NCBI GenBank assembly: GCA_965199495.1
Contig: CBDASK010000003.1
Span: 3,584,001 to 3,648,000, forward strand
From: Abditibacterium sp.
GTDB lineage: Bacteria; Armatimonadota; Abditibacteriia; Abditibacteriales; Abditibacteriaceae
Direction: 5' to 3'
Length of the DNA stretch: 64,000 nucleotides
Notes under the pieces: model-generated
What the model was told of the DNA's origin: nothing
The model's input: the letters and a program-made list of their open reading frames with translations, nothing else
Database searches by the model: none
Part shown: in pieces, positions 20,229-30,557 of the stretch
Layout of the letters: every line of letters begins with the position of its first letter
Position numbering within the stretch: the stretch's first letter is position 1
Translations under genes and position numbers: made by a program

Positions 20229-21848
20229 TTATTCCGCCGCGTAAACCACGGTGCGATTGTCGCCTTGACCGGCGCTAAATAGCGGTTTGAGTCCCAGCTT
20301 CGGCGAAAGTGAACGGCCCCCGACGGCGCGTTGGAATGCGCGTTCGTAGGGGCCTTCCAAAACCCAGCGAATCTGGTTGCCCGCGAATAATTGGCGCGCT
20401 TCGTCGAGCGACATTTGGCCGCTAAAATAGCGTTGGGTTGCTGGCAATTTCACCTTTTCCATGTGGAGCGATTCGGCCCAGTGCCCGGCGTAGGTGTATT
20501 TGCCCGTCACGCGCGGCAGATAGCCGCCGACGAACGGCAAACACAAAACCGCGCCCTGCTGCGGTTGGCTTTCGATGAAGCGCAGCGCCGCGACATCGCT
20601 GTTGTGCAGGTAAACCGTCGGCATGAAATATGGGTCGCGCGCGGCGTTGTTGGTGGCGGCGTTGTCCAAAATCCAGCCGGTCGTCACCAACGGCGAAATC
20701 GCCAACACCGCGACGGTGGCCATCATCGCCAATGGGCGTTTGAGAGCGGCCAGACCAGCGCCGCCCAAAACCAGCAACGGCAACTGCCAACCTTCGATCA
20801 TCTTGCGTCCGAACGAAATGTAAACCAGCGGTTGATAAACTATCGCGATGACAATCAACGCCCACAAAACTAATAAATTGCGCGCGCGACGATAATCTTT
20901 GAGCGCGAACCAACCCATGATGGCCAGAATCAATAACGGCGCGTAGGAAACTAAGGTGTGTCCAATCGGCAACGCTGGCGTGGCTGATAGGGCTTTGATG
21001 CGGAACTCTTCCGAGTTGGCGAAGACGAACAGTTGATAAAGCACCGGCAACGCCGCGCCCGCCGTGGCTGCCAGGGCGCGACCCGCGCTGGCGCGATCTG
21101 TTTTATTGTTAGCAATCGCCCAAATAATCGCGATGACCATGAGCGGCAACGCGTCGTAGGTGTGAATGTTAGAAAGCGCCAGCGCGCCCAGCGCGGCGGG
21201 CCACCATTGGCCCCGCAGGATATGGCGCATCACCAGCAGCAATAATCCCAGCGAAACGATGTTGAGCGGGTAAATCAGTGCCGACAGAGTGAAGAACGCT
21301 TCGGGCATGAGCGGCCACGTCGGGTTGTCGGCGCGATCAATCCAGATGAGCGGCCCCAAAAGTTGCGGGGAAATCGAGGCGACGAAACCCGCGCCCGTGG
21401 TAAAAGCCGCCAGCGCCAACGCGCCCAGACGCGCGTTTTCGCGGTCGGGTGCGCCATCCGTCACTTCCCAACCCAGCAAATGCAACTGCCACAGCGCCCA
21501 CGCCGCGCCAGCCACGCGCACGCTTTGATACCAAAACACCACTTCCAATCCGCTCAATCGCGACAGCCAACCGATAATGAGCATTAAACCGTTGACAAAT
21601 AGCGGTTTGGTGCCATTGACCAAACCTTCGGTCGTGAACAGGTCGCGCATGAAAAACTCGCCGTCGCGCGCTTGGCGCGCCCACATCAGATGCACATTTT
21701 GGTCATCGGTCGAAAATAACAGCCCGCCCCAGGTAAAACCCGGCGGCGTGATCGCGAAGGCCCAGACGTAGGGCAAAATGATACAAAAAAGAAACGCGAG
21801 GAGAATAATCCATCCCCAGCGTTTTTCGCGGTCGGAAAGCGGAAGCAC
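20229..21848 (-). CDS. Polytopic membrane protein, possibly a GT-C-fold glycosyltransferase
   Basis: Many TM segments; acidic TDDQ motif in the first loop; HTYD; soluble C-terminus. Confidence 0.6.
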   Translation of the reverse strand: MLPLSDREKRWGWIILLAFLFCIILPYVWAFAITPPGFTWGGLLFSTDDQNVHLMWARQARDGEFFMRDLFTTEGLVNGTKPLFVNGLMLIIGWLSRLSGLEVVFWYQSVRVAGAAWALWQLHLLGWEVTDGAPDRENARLGALALAAFTTGAGFVASISPQLLGPLIWIDRADNPTWPLMPEAFFTLSALIYPLNIVSLGLLLLVMRHILRGQWWPAALGALALSNIHTYDALPLMVIAIIWAIANNKTDRASAGRALAATAGAALPVLYQLFVFANSEEFRIKALSATPALPIGHTLVSYAPLLILAIMGWFALKDYRRARNLLVLWALIVIAIVYQPLVYISFGRKMIEGWQLPLLVLGGAGLAALKRPLAMMATVAVLAISPLVTTGWILDNAATNNAARDPYFMPTVYLHNSDVAALRFIESQPQQGAVLCLPFVGGYLPRVTGKYTYAGHWAESLHMEKVKLPATQRYFSGQMSLDEARQLFAGNQIRWVLEGPYERAFQRAVGGRSLSPKLGLKPLFSAGQGDNRTVVYAAE

Positions 21849-21901
21849 TTTTATAGTTTAGTTCTTGTGCCGCGCGCCTCGCGCCGCCAAACTGTGCGTC
21901 C

Positions 21902-22303
21902 ATGCCCCGCAAAAATCCCGGCGATTTGCCCGAAGGTTCGCCCGAACCGTCCGACTCCAACGACGAAGACGATCTGCCTCAACCCTTCAACGCGCGGTTG
22001 GTGCGCGTCGTGCGCACCCCATCGAGCGAGAGCTTTATCATCTGGCAGGACGATACGCGTCTGGGTCAAGTTGATATTCACTACGGCTGGGATATTATTC
22101 ACGCCACGCTGATTTTGGAAACCGATTTGAGTGAAGACGATCAGGCGGGCCTCGTCGAATTGATTGACGAGGACGCCGTGGCTTCCCATCTGCCGCGCTT
22201 TTCGCGCGAAGATTTTTTGGTCACCGTCTTTCGCGCCGAAGAGTTGGAACCGTTCTCCGACGGCCCCGACCCCGAAGAATTGGAAGAAGACGAAGATTTT
22301 TAG
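21902..22303 (+). CDS. Hypothetical acidic protein
   Basis: Clean ORF with typical codon style. Confidence 0.7.
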   Translation: MPRKNPGDLPEGSPEPSDSNDEDDLPQPFNARLVRVVRTPSSESFIIWQDDTRLGQVDIHYGWDIIHATLILETDLSEDDQAGLVELIDEDAVASHLPRFSREDFLVTVFRAEELEPFSDGPDPEELEEDEDF

Positions 22304-22327
22304 AAGATTTTATCCGTAGATTCTACG

Positions 22328-22491
22328 TTTAAATTTCTCGTTTTTGTCATTCTGAGCGAAGAGAGGAACGAACGAAGTCGAAGAATCCATTAGTCGCGAG
22401 TTGACTTCGCTTTGGTCTCGTCCAGAGTTATGGATTCTTCGACTGCGTTCGTGCCTCTCTTCGCACCCATGACAAAAACGAGAAATTTAAA
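22328..22491. repeat. TGTCAT...ATGACA palindromic element, family B2
   Basis: TGTCATTCTGAGCG...GAACGAAGTCGAAGAATCCAT / ATGGATTCTTCGAC...ATGACA; outer arms TTTAAATTTCTCGTTTT. Confidence 0.88.
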
Positions 22492-22581
22492 GTGTGCGCC
22501 CTGTTTATGCCCGACATTGCCACTTCGCGCCACTTGGAAGTAAAATTTTACCGTAAGAAAAAACGAGACGAGTTGTAATTT

Positions 22582-23271
22582 ATGGAAAATTTGCCTTCCC
22601 CGGAAACTTTAGTCAACGAACTGCTGGCGCGCGGCGCCACGATGGAAGAAGTCGCTCGCCTCAAAGACCCGTCGGCCAATACGCCCGATGAGGCGCTCGA
22701 CGCGCTGCGAGATGGCAACCAACGCTTTTATGTCGGCACGCCAGAACGTGTTTTTACCGATGTCAATTTGCGCCGTTCGCAGATTATGTCGCAGACGCCG
22801 TTCGCGGTGATTCTGGGGTGCGCCGATTCGCGCGTGCCCATCGAAATCGTTTTCGATCAGGGGCCGGGCGATATTTTTTCGATTCGCGTGGCCGGTAACG
22901 TCGTTGACGGCTCCAGTCTGGGCAGCGTGCAATATGCCGTGCGTCATCTCAAAGTTCACCTGATTGTGGTGCTGGGCCACGAGGGTTGTGGCGCGGTTTC
23001 GGCGGCGCTACTTAGCGAAGATCAGCGCAATCAGGAGCCAGAAGCCGTGCAAGGTCTGCTCGATTTGATCACGCCCGCGCTCAACGATTTGCCGCCGATT
23101 CGCGACAACAAAGCGCGCATGAGAGAAGCCGTTGTGCTCAACGTCCGGCTGCAAAAAGCTGCGTTAGAACGCGACTCCCTCATCGCCGAGGCCGTTGCAT
23201 CAGGGCAGGTCAAAGTCGTCGGCGCCTTTTACGAAATCGGTAGCGGCGCAGTGGATTTCTTGGACGATTGA
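22582..23271 (+). CDS. Beta-class carbonic anhydrase
   Basis: GCADSRVP, RVAGN and LGHEGCGAV zinc-ligand motifs. Confidence 0.95.
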   Translation: MENLPSPETLVNELLARGATMEEVARLKDPSANTPDEALDALRDGNQRFYVGTPERVFTDVNLRRSQIMSQTPFAVILGCADSRVPIEIVFDQGPGDIFSIRVAGNVVDGSSLGSVQYAVRHLKVHLIVVLGHEGCGAVSAALLSEDQRNQEPEAVQGLLDLITPALNDLPPIRDNKARMREAVVLNVRLQKAALERDSLIAEAVASGQVKVVGAFYEIGSGAVDFLDD

Positions 23272-23343
23272 GAAGTTGAATTTGTAGGGGCTTGCCGCGC
23301 AAGCCCTTCTCTTGAGAATTTCAAGAGGATTCAAGAACATTTA

Positions 23344-23610
23344 TCAGCGCCGCACTTTGACAGCTTTGTTTGGGTCTTGCTTGCCAATCCACGCGAGAAA
23401 CTTTTCCATGCGCGGTTCGGCTCGCAGTTTGTCGGCGCTGTCGAAATGCGCGGCCAGTTCGTCGTTGGTAAACAGCGCGTGAATCTGGCGATGACAGGCG
23501 CTACAAATCCAAATCGTCGGCGTGCGCTCGCCTTTTTTGAGCTTGGAACGCGGCTTGAGATGATGTTCGGTCAGCTTCTCGACATCGCGCCGACAGAGCT
23601 TGCAAGTCAT
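23344..23610 (-). CDS. Small HNH-type endonuclease (YisB-like)
   Basis: CKLC...TEHHLKP...CSACHRQIH. Confidence 0.85.
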   Translation of the reverse strand: MTCKLCRRDVEKLTEHHLKPRSKLKKGERTPTIWICSACHRQIHALFTNDELAAHFDSADKLRAEPRMEKFLAWIGKQDPNKAVKVRR

Positions 23611-23686
23611 AATCGGCGGATTTGCAAAATGGGCGCCTTGTCAAACAACGAAACATTCTGCATTACGGAGTTTCTCTTTGATTAAT

Positions 23687-23802
23687 TTGTCATTTCGAGC
23701 TTGGCGAGAAATCTTACGCCATCGCGGCAGCGAAAATTGAAATGACTTTTGACTTCCACTGGCGCGGGGCCGTAAGATTTCTCGCCAAGCTCGAAATGAC
23801 AA
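23687..23802. repeat. Family B1 palindrome, left of GIY-YIG
   Basis: TTGTCATTTCGAGCTTGGCGAGAAATCTTACG ... CGTAAGATTTCTCGCCAAGCTCGAAATGACAA. Confidence 0.92.
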
Positions 23803-23827
23803 TAGCCCGCGAGGAAGATAGTAAATT

Positions 23828-24115
23828 TCAAAAATCGGCGCTTAAATCGCGCCTCTCTACATTCATTCCGTCAATCAAACTTTCTTTTTTAACGCGCGAC
23901 CATTTTTTGATTTGCTTCTCGCGTTCGATAGCGTCACGCACATCGCCGTATATTTCGTAATACATCAGACGATCAACGTTGTATTTTTCGGTAAATCCCT
24001 GAGTGCATTTATTTTTGTGCTGATCTATCCTACGAACTAAATTACTGGTAACGCCAACATACAGCGTGCCAGTAAAGCTACTGAGAATATAAACATAATA
24101 AGTGCGTTCTCGCAC
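23828..24115 (-). CDS. GIY-YIG nuclease family protein (about 95 aa)
   Basis: YYVYIL...LYVGVTSNLVRRIDQHK...FTEKYNV...AIEREKQIKKWSR; GTG start inferred. Confidence 0.92.
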   Translation of the reverse strand: MRERTYYVYILSSFTGTLYVGVTSNLVRRIDQHKNKCTQGFTEKYNVDRLMYYEIYGDVRDAIEREKQIKKWSRVKKESLIDGMNVERRDLSADF

Positions 24116-24158
24116 GGTGTTACTAATTTGCTTTAATTGCTTAATTATTACGGCATCG

Positions 24159-24322
24159 GCGTTATCACGCAAGGCGCCCACATTGTCATTTCGAGCTTGG
24201 CGAGAAATCTTACGGCCCCGCGCCAGCGGAAGTCAAAAGTCATTTCAATTTTCGCTGCCGCGATGGCGTAAGATTTCTCGCCAAGCTCGAAATGACAATG
24301 TGGGCGCCTTGCGTGATAACGC
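24159..24322. repeat. Family B1 palindrome, right of GIY-YIG, with a 24-bp outer arm extension
   Basis: GCGTTATCACGCAAGGCGCCCACA + core + TGTGGGCGCCTTGCGTGATAACGC. Confidence 0.92.
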
Positions 24323-24340
24323 GGGCACCTTCATCCTTTC

Positions 24341-25675
24341 CTAAAGCCGCGCCGCAATGCGAAATATTGCGTTGGCGAGCTTGCCGGGATGATGGCGCAC
24401 GACGTTGGAAACATCCAAAAACGGGCCGTGAATCGGGCGCACGCCCAGCAATTCCAATTCGCTTTCGTCAATGGCAACCGGTTGGGCGCCAGTACCTTTG
24501 TAGCGTTCCAACATCGCGGGTGGAATCGGGGTTGAGTTGAGCAAAACGTGCGTAATCACGCCCTGACCGATGTGGCGTGTGATGGCGCGCACATGATCGG
24601 CGGCGCTCATGCCCAGCGTTTCGTTGGGCTGCGTCATCACGTTGCACACGTAAATTTTGGGCGCGCGGCTCGCTTTGAGCGCCTCGGCGATTTCGGGCAC
24701 CAACAAATTCGGGATAATCGAAGTAAAGAGCGAACCCGGCCCGATGATAATGATTTCGGCCTCGCGAATCGCCTCGACGGCGCCGGGCAGGGCGGGCGGA
24801 TCGGCGGGCGAAATCGAGACGCACAAAATATCGTGCGCCTTGTTGACGTTGGCCTGACCCTGAATGGTTTCGCCGCTTTTGGTTTCGGCGCTCAGACGAA
24901 TATCTTCGATAGTCGAGGGCAAAACGCGCCCGCGAATCGCCAGAACTTTGGAAACTTCGCGCACGGCGGCGTCGAAATCGCCGGTCTTTTCATACATCGC
25001 CGCCACGAACAGATTGCCCAGCGAATGGCCTTTGAGTTCGCCCAGACCGGTAAAACGATGTTGAAACAGATCGGTCATCAACGGCTCGGCTTCGGCGAGG
25101 GCGGCGATGCAGTTGCGCAAGTCGCCCGGCGGTAGCATTCCATGTTTGCGCAGTTCGCCCGACGAGCCGCCATCGTCGGCCATTGTCACAATCGCGGTGA
25201 TGTTACTGCTGTAAACCTTGAGGCCGCGCAGCATCGTCGAAAGTCCGGTTCCCCCGCCCAGCGCCACGATGCGCTCGCCGCTATCGAGGCGGCGACGTTT
25301 CATGGCGACATCGAGAAAGTTCGAGTGCGTTTCGTTGGAGTAGACCCGCGAAATCGAGCGATAAATCCCGCTGACACCTACAGCCACGCCTGCCGCGCCC
25401 AGCACCAAACAGGCCACGCCCAGCCTGACCGAATCGATCAAATGTCCGGTTAAGCCGTCAATGGCTGTGACAACATCCAGGGAAAAATCAACCGCGCGAT
25501 AGGCAAACGCCAGCGCCGCACCAAAAATCGAGACGACCAGTCCCGTCAGCGCCATCAACGCCCAGCGCTTGACGCCCAGCCCGATGGTGAGCCATTGCTG
25601 CAAGCGATGCCCCAACCCCGGCGGCGGCGCGGGCGCCGGGAGTTCTTTGAGTTCGTCCGGCGCCTGCGCGATCAT
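24341..25675 (-). CDS. yvcK: YvcK (UPF0052/CofD-like) family protein with N-terminal TM segments
   Basis: GGGTGL, ADDGGSSG, PPGDLRN, GHSLGNL and GPGSLFTS motifs. Confidence 0.93.
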   Translation of the reverse strand: MIAQAPDELKELPAPAPPPGLGHRLQQWLTIGLGVKRWALMALTGLVVSIFGAALAFAYRAVDFSLDVVTAIDGLTGHLIDSVRLGVACLVLGAAGVAVGVSGIYRSISRVYSNETHSNFLDVAMKRRRLDSGERIVALGGGTGLSTMLRGLKVYSSNITAIVTMADDGGSSGELRKHGMLPPGDLRNCIAALAEAEPLMTDLFQHRFTGLGELKGHSLGNLFVAAMYEKTGDFDAAVREVSKVLAIRGRVLPSTIEDIRLSAETKSGETIQGQANVNKAHDILCVSISPADPPALPGAVEAIREAEIIIIGPGSLFTSIIPNLLVPEIAEALKASRAPKIYVCNVMTQPNETLGMSAADHVRAITRHIGQGVITHVLLNSTPIPPAMLERYKGTGAQPVAIDESELELLGVRPIHGPFLDVSNVVRHHPGKLANAIFRIAARL

Positions 25676-26661
25676 TGGGCGTCACCGCGGGCGCTTTCAT
25701 TAAGCGCGGGCGCCACCTCGAACGTCTGCGATTGCGGCCCGGCTTGTCCGTTGCTCTCATTCGTCGAACGCCCATTTTTTGGCTCCGGTTCGCCCGTATT
25801 GAGCGGCGCGTGCGCCGCCAAGTCGCGGTGCGAAGCGGCCACGCGGTGGCCCTTGGCTTCCAACTGCGCGGCCAGCCAATTGGTCAGCGCCACGCTGCGA
25901 TGGCGCCCGCCAGTGCAGCCGACGGCAATCGTCAAATAGGCTTTGCCCTCGGCCTCGAATTGGGGAATCAGAAATTCGAGAAAATCTTCCCAGCGCCGCA
26001 AAAACTCCTGCGTGATTTCCGGCGCCATCACGTAATCAACGATCGGCTGACAGAAACCATCCAAATGCCCGATGTCGCGGTCATAATTGGGATTGGGCAA
26101 AAATCGCACGTCGAAAACCAGATCGGCTCCGGCGTGTGGCCCGTGCTTGAACCCGAAACTCTCGACCTGAATCAACATGCCCGGCGCGTCGTTTTCGTCC
26201 ACAAAAGTGCGTTGCAATTCGTCGCGCAGTTCGCGCGGCGTGACGCGCGAAGTGTTAATCACTTTATCGGCGCGCTGGCGCAGTGGCACCAAAAGTTCGC
26301 GCTCGCGTTCGATGGCGGCGGCCAAACCTTCGCTGTCGCTATCAAGCGGATGCTTGCGCCGCGTTTCTTTAAATCGCTTGATGAGAGCGTCGTCGTCGCA
26401 GTCGAGGAACAGAATTTTCAGGTCAAGCGAAGTCTGTTGCAGCGCGTCAATGGCGCCCATCAATTCGGAAAAGAACTCGCCGCCGCGCACGTCCACGATA
26501 AGTGCGGCCTTGCCGATTTTGCCGCGCTCCAAAAGTTCGGCGAACGAATGAATCAACATCGGCGGCAGGTTGTCCACGCAGAAGTAGCCGAAATCCTCGA
26601 AGTGCCGCGTGGCCAAACCTTTGCCCGCGCCCGATAAACCGGTGATGACGATGAGTTGCAT
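25672..26661 (-). CDS. rapZ: RNase adapter / nucleotide-binding protein RapZ (YvcJ)
   Basis: ITGLSGAGK, CVDNLP, SFGFKHG, DVRFLPNP and GCTGGRHRS motifs. Confidence 0.96.
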   Translation of the reverse strand: MQLIVITGLSGAGKGLATRHFEDFGYFCVDNLPPMLIHSFAELLERGKIGKAALIVDVRGGEFFSELMGAIDALQQTSLDLKILFLDCDDDALIKRFKETRRKHPLDSDSEGLAAAIERERELLVPLRQRADKVINTSRVTPRELRDELQRTFVDENDAPGMLIQVESFGFKHGPHAGADLVFDVRFLPNPNYDRDIGHLDGFCQPIVDYVMAPEITQEFLRRWEDFLEFLIPQFEAEGKAYLTIAVGCTGGRHRSVALTNWLAAQLEAKGHRVAASHRDLAAHAPLNTGEPEPKNGRSTNESNGQAGPQSQTFEVAPALNESARGDAQ

Positions 26662-26671
26662 AATTTAAAAT

Positions 26672-27070
26672 TTAGCGGCGAATTCGGTTGTCGTCCTTAC
26701 CGTTGCCGCCGACCAACGCCGTGGCTAACGCATTCACTACCGAAAGAACCAACGCGCCAACCAGCGCCGCGCCAAAATTAGAAACGTTGAAGCCCTTGAC
26801 CGCAGCAGCCACGGCGTAGAACATCAGGCCGTTGATGAGCCATGACAGAATCAGGCTCCACAAACCTAACGTCAGACACGAAAGCGGGAGCGTCAAGGCT
26901 TGCGCGATAAATTCCAAAATCGGCTTAATAACCGCGTTGACCAATCCCAAAATCAGCGCCGCGATGAGAGCGTCGCCGATGCCGTTGACCGAAATCGCGC
27001 CGCCCGACAAATTGGCGATGCCGATGAGCGCGAGCGCGCTGATAACCAGCCGAATCAAAAACGAAAACAT
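26672..27070 (-). CDS. Phage holin family (YvlD-like) membrane protein
   Basis: LGLVNAVIKP...LTLP...TLGL...ING. Confidence 0.85.
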   Translation of the reverse strand: MFSFLIRLVISALALIGIANLSGGAISVNGIGDALIAALILGLVNAVIKPILEFIAQALTLPLSCLTLGLWSLILSWLINGLMFYAVAAAVKGFNVSNFGAALVGALVLSVVNALATALVGGNGKDDNRIRR

Positions 27071-27191
27071 GAGACAACGACGCGCAGGGCATTTAAGCGT
27101 GAGCGTCAAGCGCAAAGTATAGCGGGCGATTGGAGGCTTCATCTCAGCGAAGCGCGACAAGGGGAAAGGACGCGATAAACTTCCGCGCTGG

Positions 27192-30100
27192 ATGCAAACT
27201 GTTCTCGCCGCTTATCTCATCGAACTCGCGCTCAAACGCGCCAACCCGCTTTCGACCGACGAACTTTCGCTGCGCGATGCGCTTTCCGACTTGCTCAACC
27301 AATCGGCGAAAGAGTTGGGCAAATCGGTTCAGTTCGTCGGCGAGGCCAAAGTTATCGCGCAGGGCACGCGGCCCGATTACATCATCGCGCGCGGCGATTT
27401 GCCCATCGGCTACATCGAAGCCGAAAAATATGGCGCCGACCTCGCCAACCTCAAAGGCCACGCCAAGAAACAGAACGACGCCTTTATCGCCGACCTCGAT
27501 AACTTTCTGCTCACCAATCATCTCGACAATCGCCTTTAGAATAAAGGCGATTGTGTCGCATCTGTTACTTTTCCCGCCGATCCGAAACTTCTGACCGACG
27601 CTCATGCGGCGGCGTGGCTGGCGTTGTGCGAACGGATGCTCGCGGGCGAAATCCAGACGATTGCCACGCCCAAAGATTTGGCGATTCTGCTGTCGCGGCG
27701 CGCGCGTTTGCTGGCGGGCGCGGCGCTGGCCGATTTGGGCGTTGACGACGAAAGCCCGGTTGACTTCGCCTACGCCCAGTTCAAGGCCGAGCTTTTGACC
27801 GACATTGATAAGGCCGAATTCGCCGACGTTTATGCCGAAACTTTGACCTACGGTTTGTTCGCCGCGCGCTGTCTGAGCGACGACAAATTCACCGTCGCCA
27901 GCGCCGACCGCGCCTTGCGCGAGATTCCCCTGTTGTCGTCGCTGTTCCACGATTACGAATTCCGCATAGACGACAACCTGCGCTGGATTCTGGACGAAAT
28001 CGTCGCGCTGCTCGATGCCGCGCCGATTGCGGGCATCACCGATTACTTCGCCAACCGCAGCGGGCGCGCCGACCCGATGCTCGACTTTTACGAGCCGTTT
28101 TTGGCCGCCTTCGACCCGCGCAAACGCGAGGCGCGCGGCGTCTATTACACGCCCGAACCCGTCGTCGGCTACATGGTGCGCAGCGTCGCCGCGCTATTGG
28201 AACGCGATTTTAATCGCAAAATTACCGATAAAGAAGTCCGGGTTCTCGACCCAGCCACGGGCACCGGCTCGTTCTTGTTCGCCGTGGCTGATGAGATCCA
28301 TCGCCAGATCGTTGACTTCGACGCGGCTTCGTGGAACGCCCAAACGGTCGAGAATACGCTCGCGCGTTTGTTCGGGTTGGAACTGATGGTCGCGCCTTAT
28401 ACCATCGCGCATCTCAAGTTGCGCCTGCAATTCGGCGCCTGGGGCACGCCGCCCCGCAGTCGCGTCGGGATTTATTTGTCCAACACGCTCGACGACCCGC
28501 GCGGCAATTATGGCGGCACGGTCGAAATGGTGAAAGAGCTTAAAACCGCCGATCAAATCAAAAGCGAAACCGAGATATTAGTCGTTATCGGCAATCCACC
28601 TTACGCTGGTCATAGCGCCAACGTCACCAAACGCGAGGTCACCGAGAACACGAGCGGTGCCATCTTGCGCAAAGGCAAAGCGGCTTCTTATTCTGAGAGT
28701 CGTGTTGTCACCAAACACAACGAAGTTGGCGCTCGCGTCGAGAGTTATAAATTTGTTGACGGCGTGAAATTGAGCGAACGCAATCTGAAGTGGTTACAAA
28801 ATGATTACGTGAAGTTTTTAGCATTCGCGCAAAACCGTATCGCGCGCACTGGAGAGGGCATCGTGGCTTACATCACAGATCGCGGCTATCTCGACAACTC
28901 GACTTTTCGCGGTCTACGCGCCAATTTGATGGATGAGTTCGACGCTTTGTATGTCCTCGATTTGCATGGTAGTGCCAAGAAAAAAGAGAAGTCGCCTGAT
29001 GGGAGCGCCGACCAAAACGTCTTTGCGATTCAGCAGGGAGTCGCAATTTTATTAGCTGTCAAAACCAAAGGTTCGAGCGGTGCGCGCGCCTCGGTTTATC
29101 ACGCCGACTTGTGGGGACGCAAAAAAGAAAAGGAAGACGCTCTTGGTGCTAACGATGTCTTGACGACGGCTTGGCAAACTCTAACGCCCAAAGCCCCGCA
29201 TTATCTGTTTTTGCCGCGCGACGAAACCCATCTGGAAGAATACAAACAAGGCTGGAAAATCACCGATGTTTTCAACCAAAATGGCGAACCTGCACCTGGC
29301 TTTGTTACGACGCAAGATCAATTTGCCATTTCATTTTCCGCCGATGAAGCCAAAACCAAAGTTAAATCATTATTGGCATCCAAAGACGAAACCGACGCCC
29401 GCAAGCTCTTTCGCTTATGTTCGCAAGATCAATGGAATTACGCTAACGCTAAACGTGATCTGGCCGTTCAAAACTGGGAATCAGAAGTCATCCCCGTTCT
29501 CTACCGCCCTTTCGATACTCGCTGGACAATTTGGAATTCCCACGTCGCCGTCCATCGCCGCGAGCGAGTTAATAAACACATGATTCGCACAAACAACATC
29601 GCGCTTTGCACGGTTCGCGGCTTGGAAACACCAGATTTTGAACACGTTTTTGTTTCCGATATCGCAATGCAACATCACACAGTTTCAATCAAAGAAGTCA
29701 ACTATATTTTCCCACTTTATCTCTACGTAGAACCCAAATCTCCGACGAAAGAACAAACCGGAACTCTCGCTGAACTTGATTTGGAATCGGTCGGTCTGGA
29801 AAAGCGCGCCAATCTCAACCCGAAGTTCGTCGCGGCCATCACGTCCATCGTCGGCGTGGCTGCTTCGCCGGAAGCGATTTTCGATTACATCTATGCCACG
29901 CTGCATCGGCCCGACTATCGCGCGAAATATGCGGCGTTTCTCAAAACCGATTTTCCGCGCATCCCGCTCCCGCGCGATGGCGAGCAGTTCGAGGCGTTGC
30001 GTTCGTTGGGCGCGCGGCTCGTCGCGCTGCATTTGCTCGATGAGAAGCGCGCGCCCGCGCTCGCGCAGTCGCCGTTCAAGCCGGTCGGCGAGGGTGATAA

Positions 30101-30356
30101 CATCGTCTCCGGCGCGCGCTATGACGAGGCCGAGCAGACGATTGGTTTCAACGCGACGCGCGGCTTCGCGCCGGTTTCGCGCGCGGTGTGGGAGTTCAAA
30201 ATCGGCGGTTATCAAGTCGCCAAGAAATGGCTCGACGACCGCAAAGGCCGAGCGCTCGAATTCGAGGAGTTGCAGCATTACGCGCAAGTTTTGGCCGCGC
30301 TGCAAGGCACGATTGAGGCGATGGCGGCGTTGCAATCGTTGGCGCGTGAGGGATAA
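27192..30356 (+). pseudogene. Single-polypeptide restriction-modification enzyme (Type IIG-like, ISP-type C-terminal specificity domain) interrupted by one in-frame TAG at 27537-27539
   Basis: ORFs 27192 and 27624 share a frame; RPDY...GYIEA nuclease-like motif, GVYYTP, DPATGTGSF, GNPPY, YRPFD, DFPRIP, IGGYQV. Confidence 0.8.
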
Positions 30357-30500
30357 ACCCCCGCACCTGCCGATTCTCAAGCAATCTTCGCCTAAATTGA
30401 ACGTGAAACCGCGCGAATGTTCATCAGTCCGCGACGACTGTTTATCCGCTTTATAATTAACCGAAAATGTTCGCGTCTCAAACTTAAACGCGAACAAGGC

Positions 30501-30540
30501 AAAAGGGCACCAAGAGATTGATTTCTCTTGGTGCCCTTTT
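30501..30540. terminator. Bidirectional intrinsic terminator
   Basis: AAAAGGGCACCAAGAGA-TTGATT-TCTCTTGGTGCCCTTTT between convergent genes. Confidence 0.85.
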
Positions 30541-30557
30541 ACTTGCGAGGCCAAAAT

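Larger units (their letters stand above)
23687..24322. mobile_element. Candidate cassette: GIY-YIG gene bracketed by two inverted family B1 palindromes
   Basis: 23687-23802 and 24183-24298 are reverse complements with one mismatch in 116 nt. Confidence 0.6.

Noticed and set aside
22582..23271. Functional link between the carbonic anhydrase and the DUF2294 gene
   Set aside because: About 5 kb apart, on opposite strands, with unrelated genes between; I saw no copy of the leader motif upstream of it.
23344..24115. HNH plus GIY-YIG as a two-gene defence system
   Set aside because: The HNH gene lies outside the twin palindromes and has host-like composition; the adjacency looks incidental.
26672..27070. 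Prophage suggested by the holin-family gene
   Set aside because: YvlD-like proteins commonly accompany rapZ/yvcK; no phage genes are nearby.
27537..27539. Pyrrolysine or TAG recoding
   Set aside because: TAG is a normal stop in other genes here (groES, aldolase) and no pyl genes are visible.
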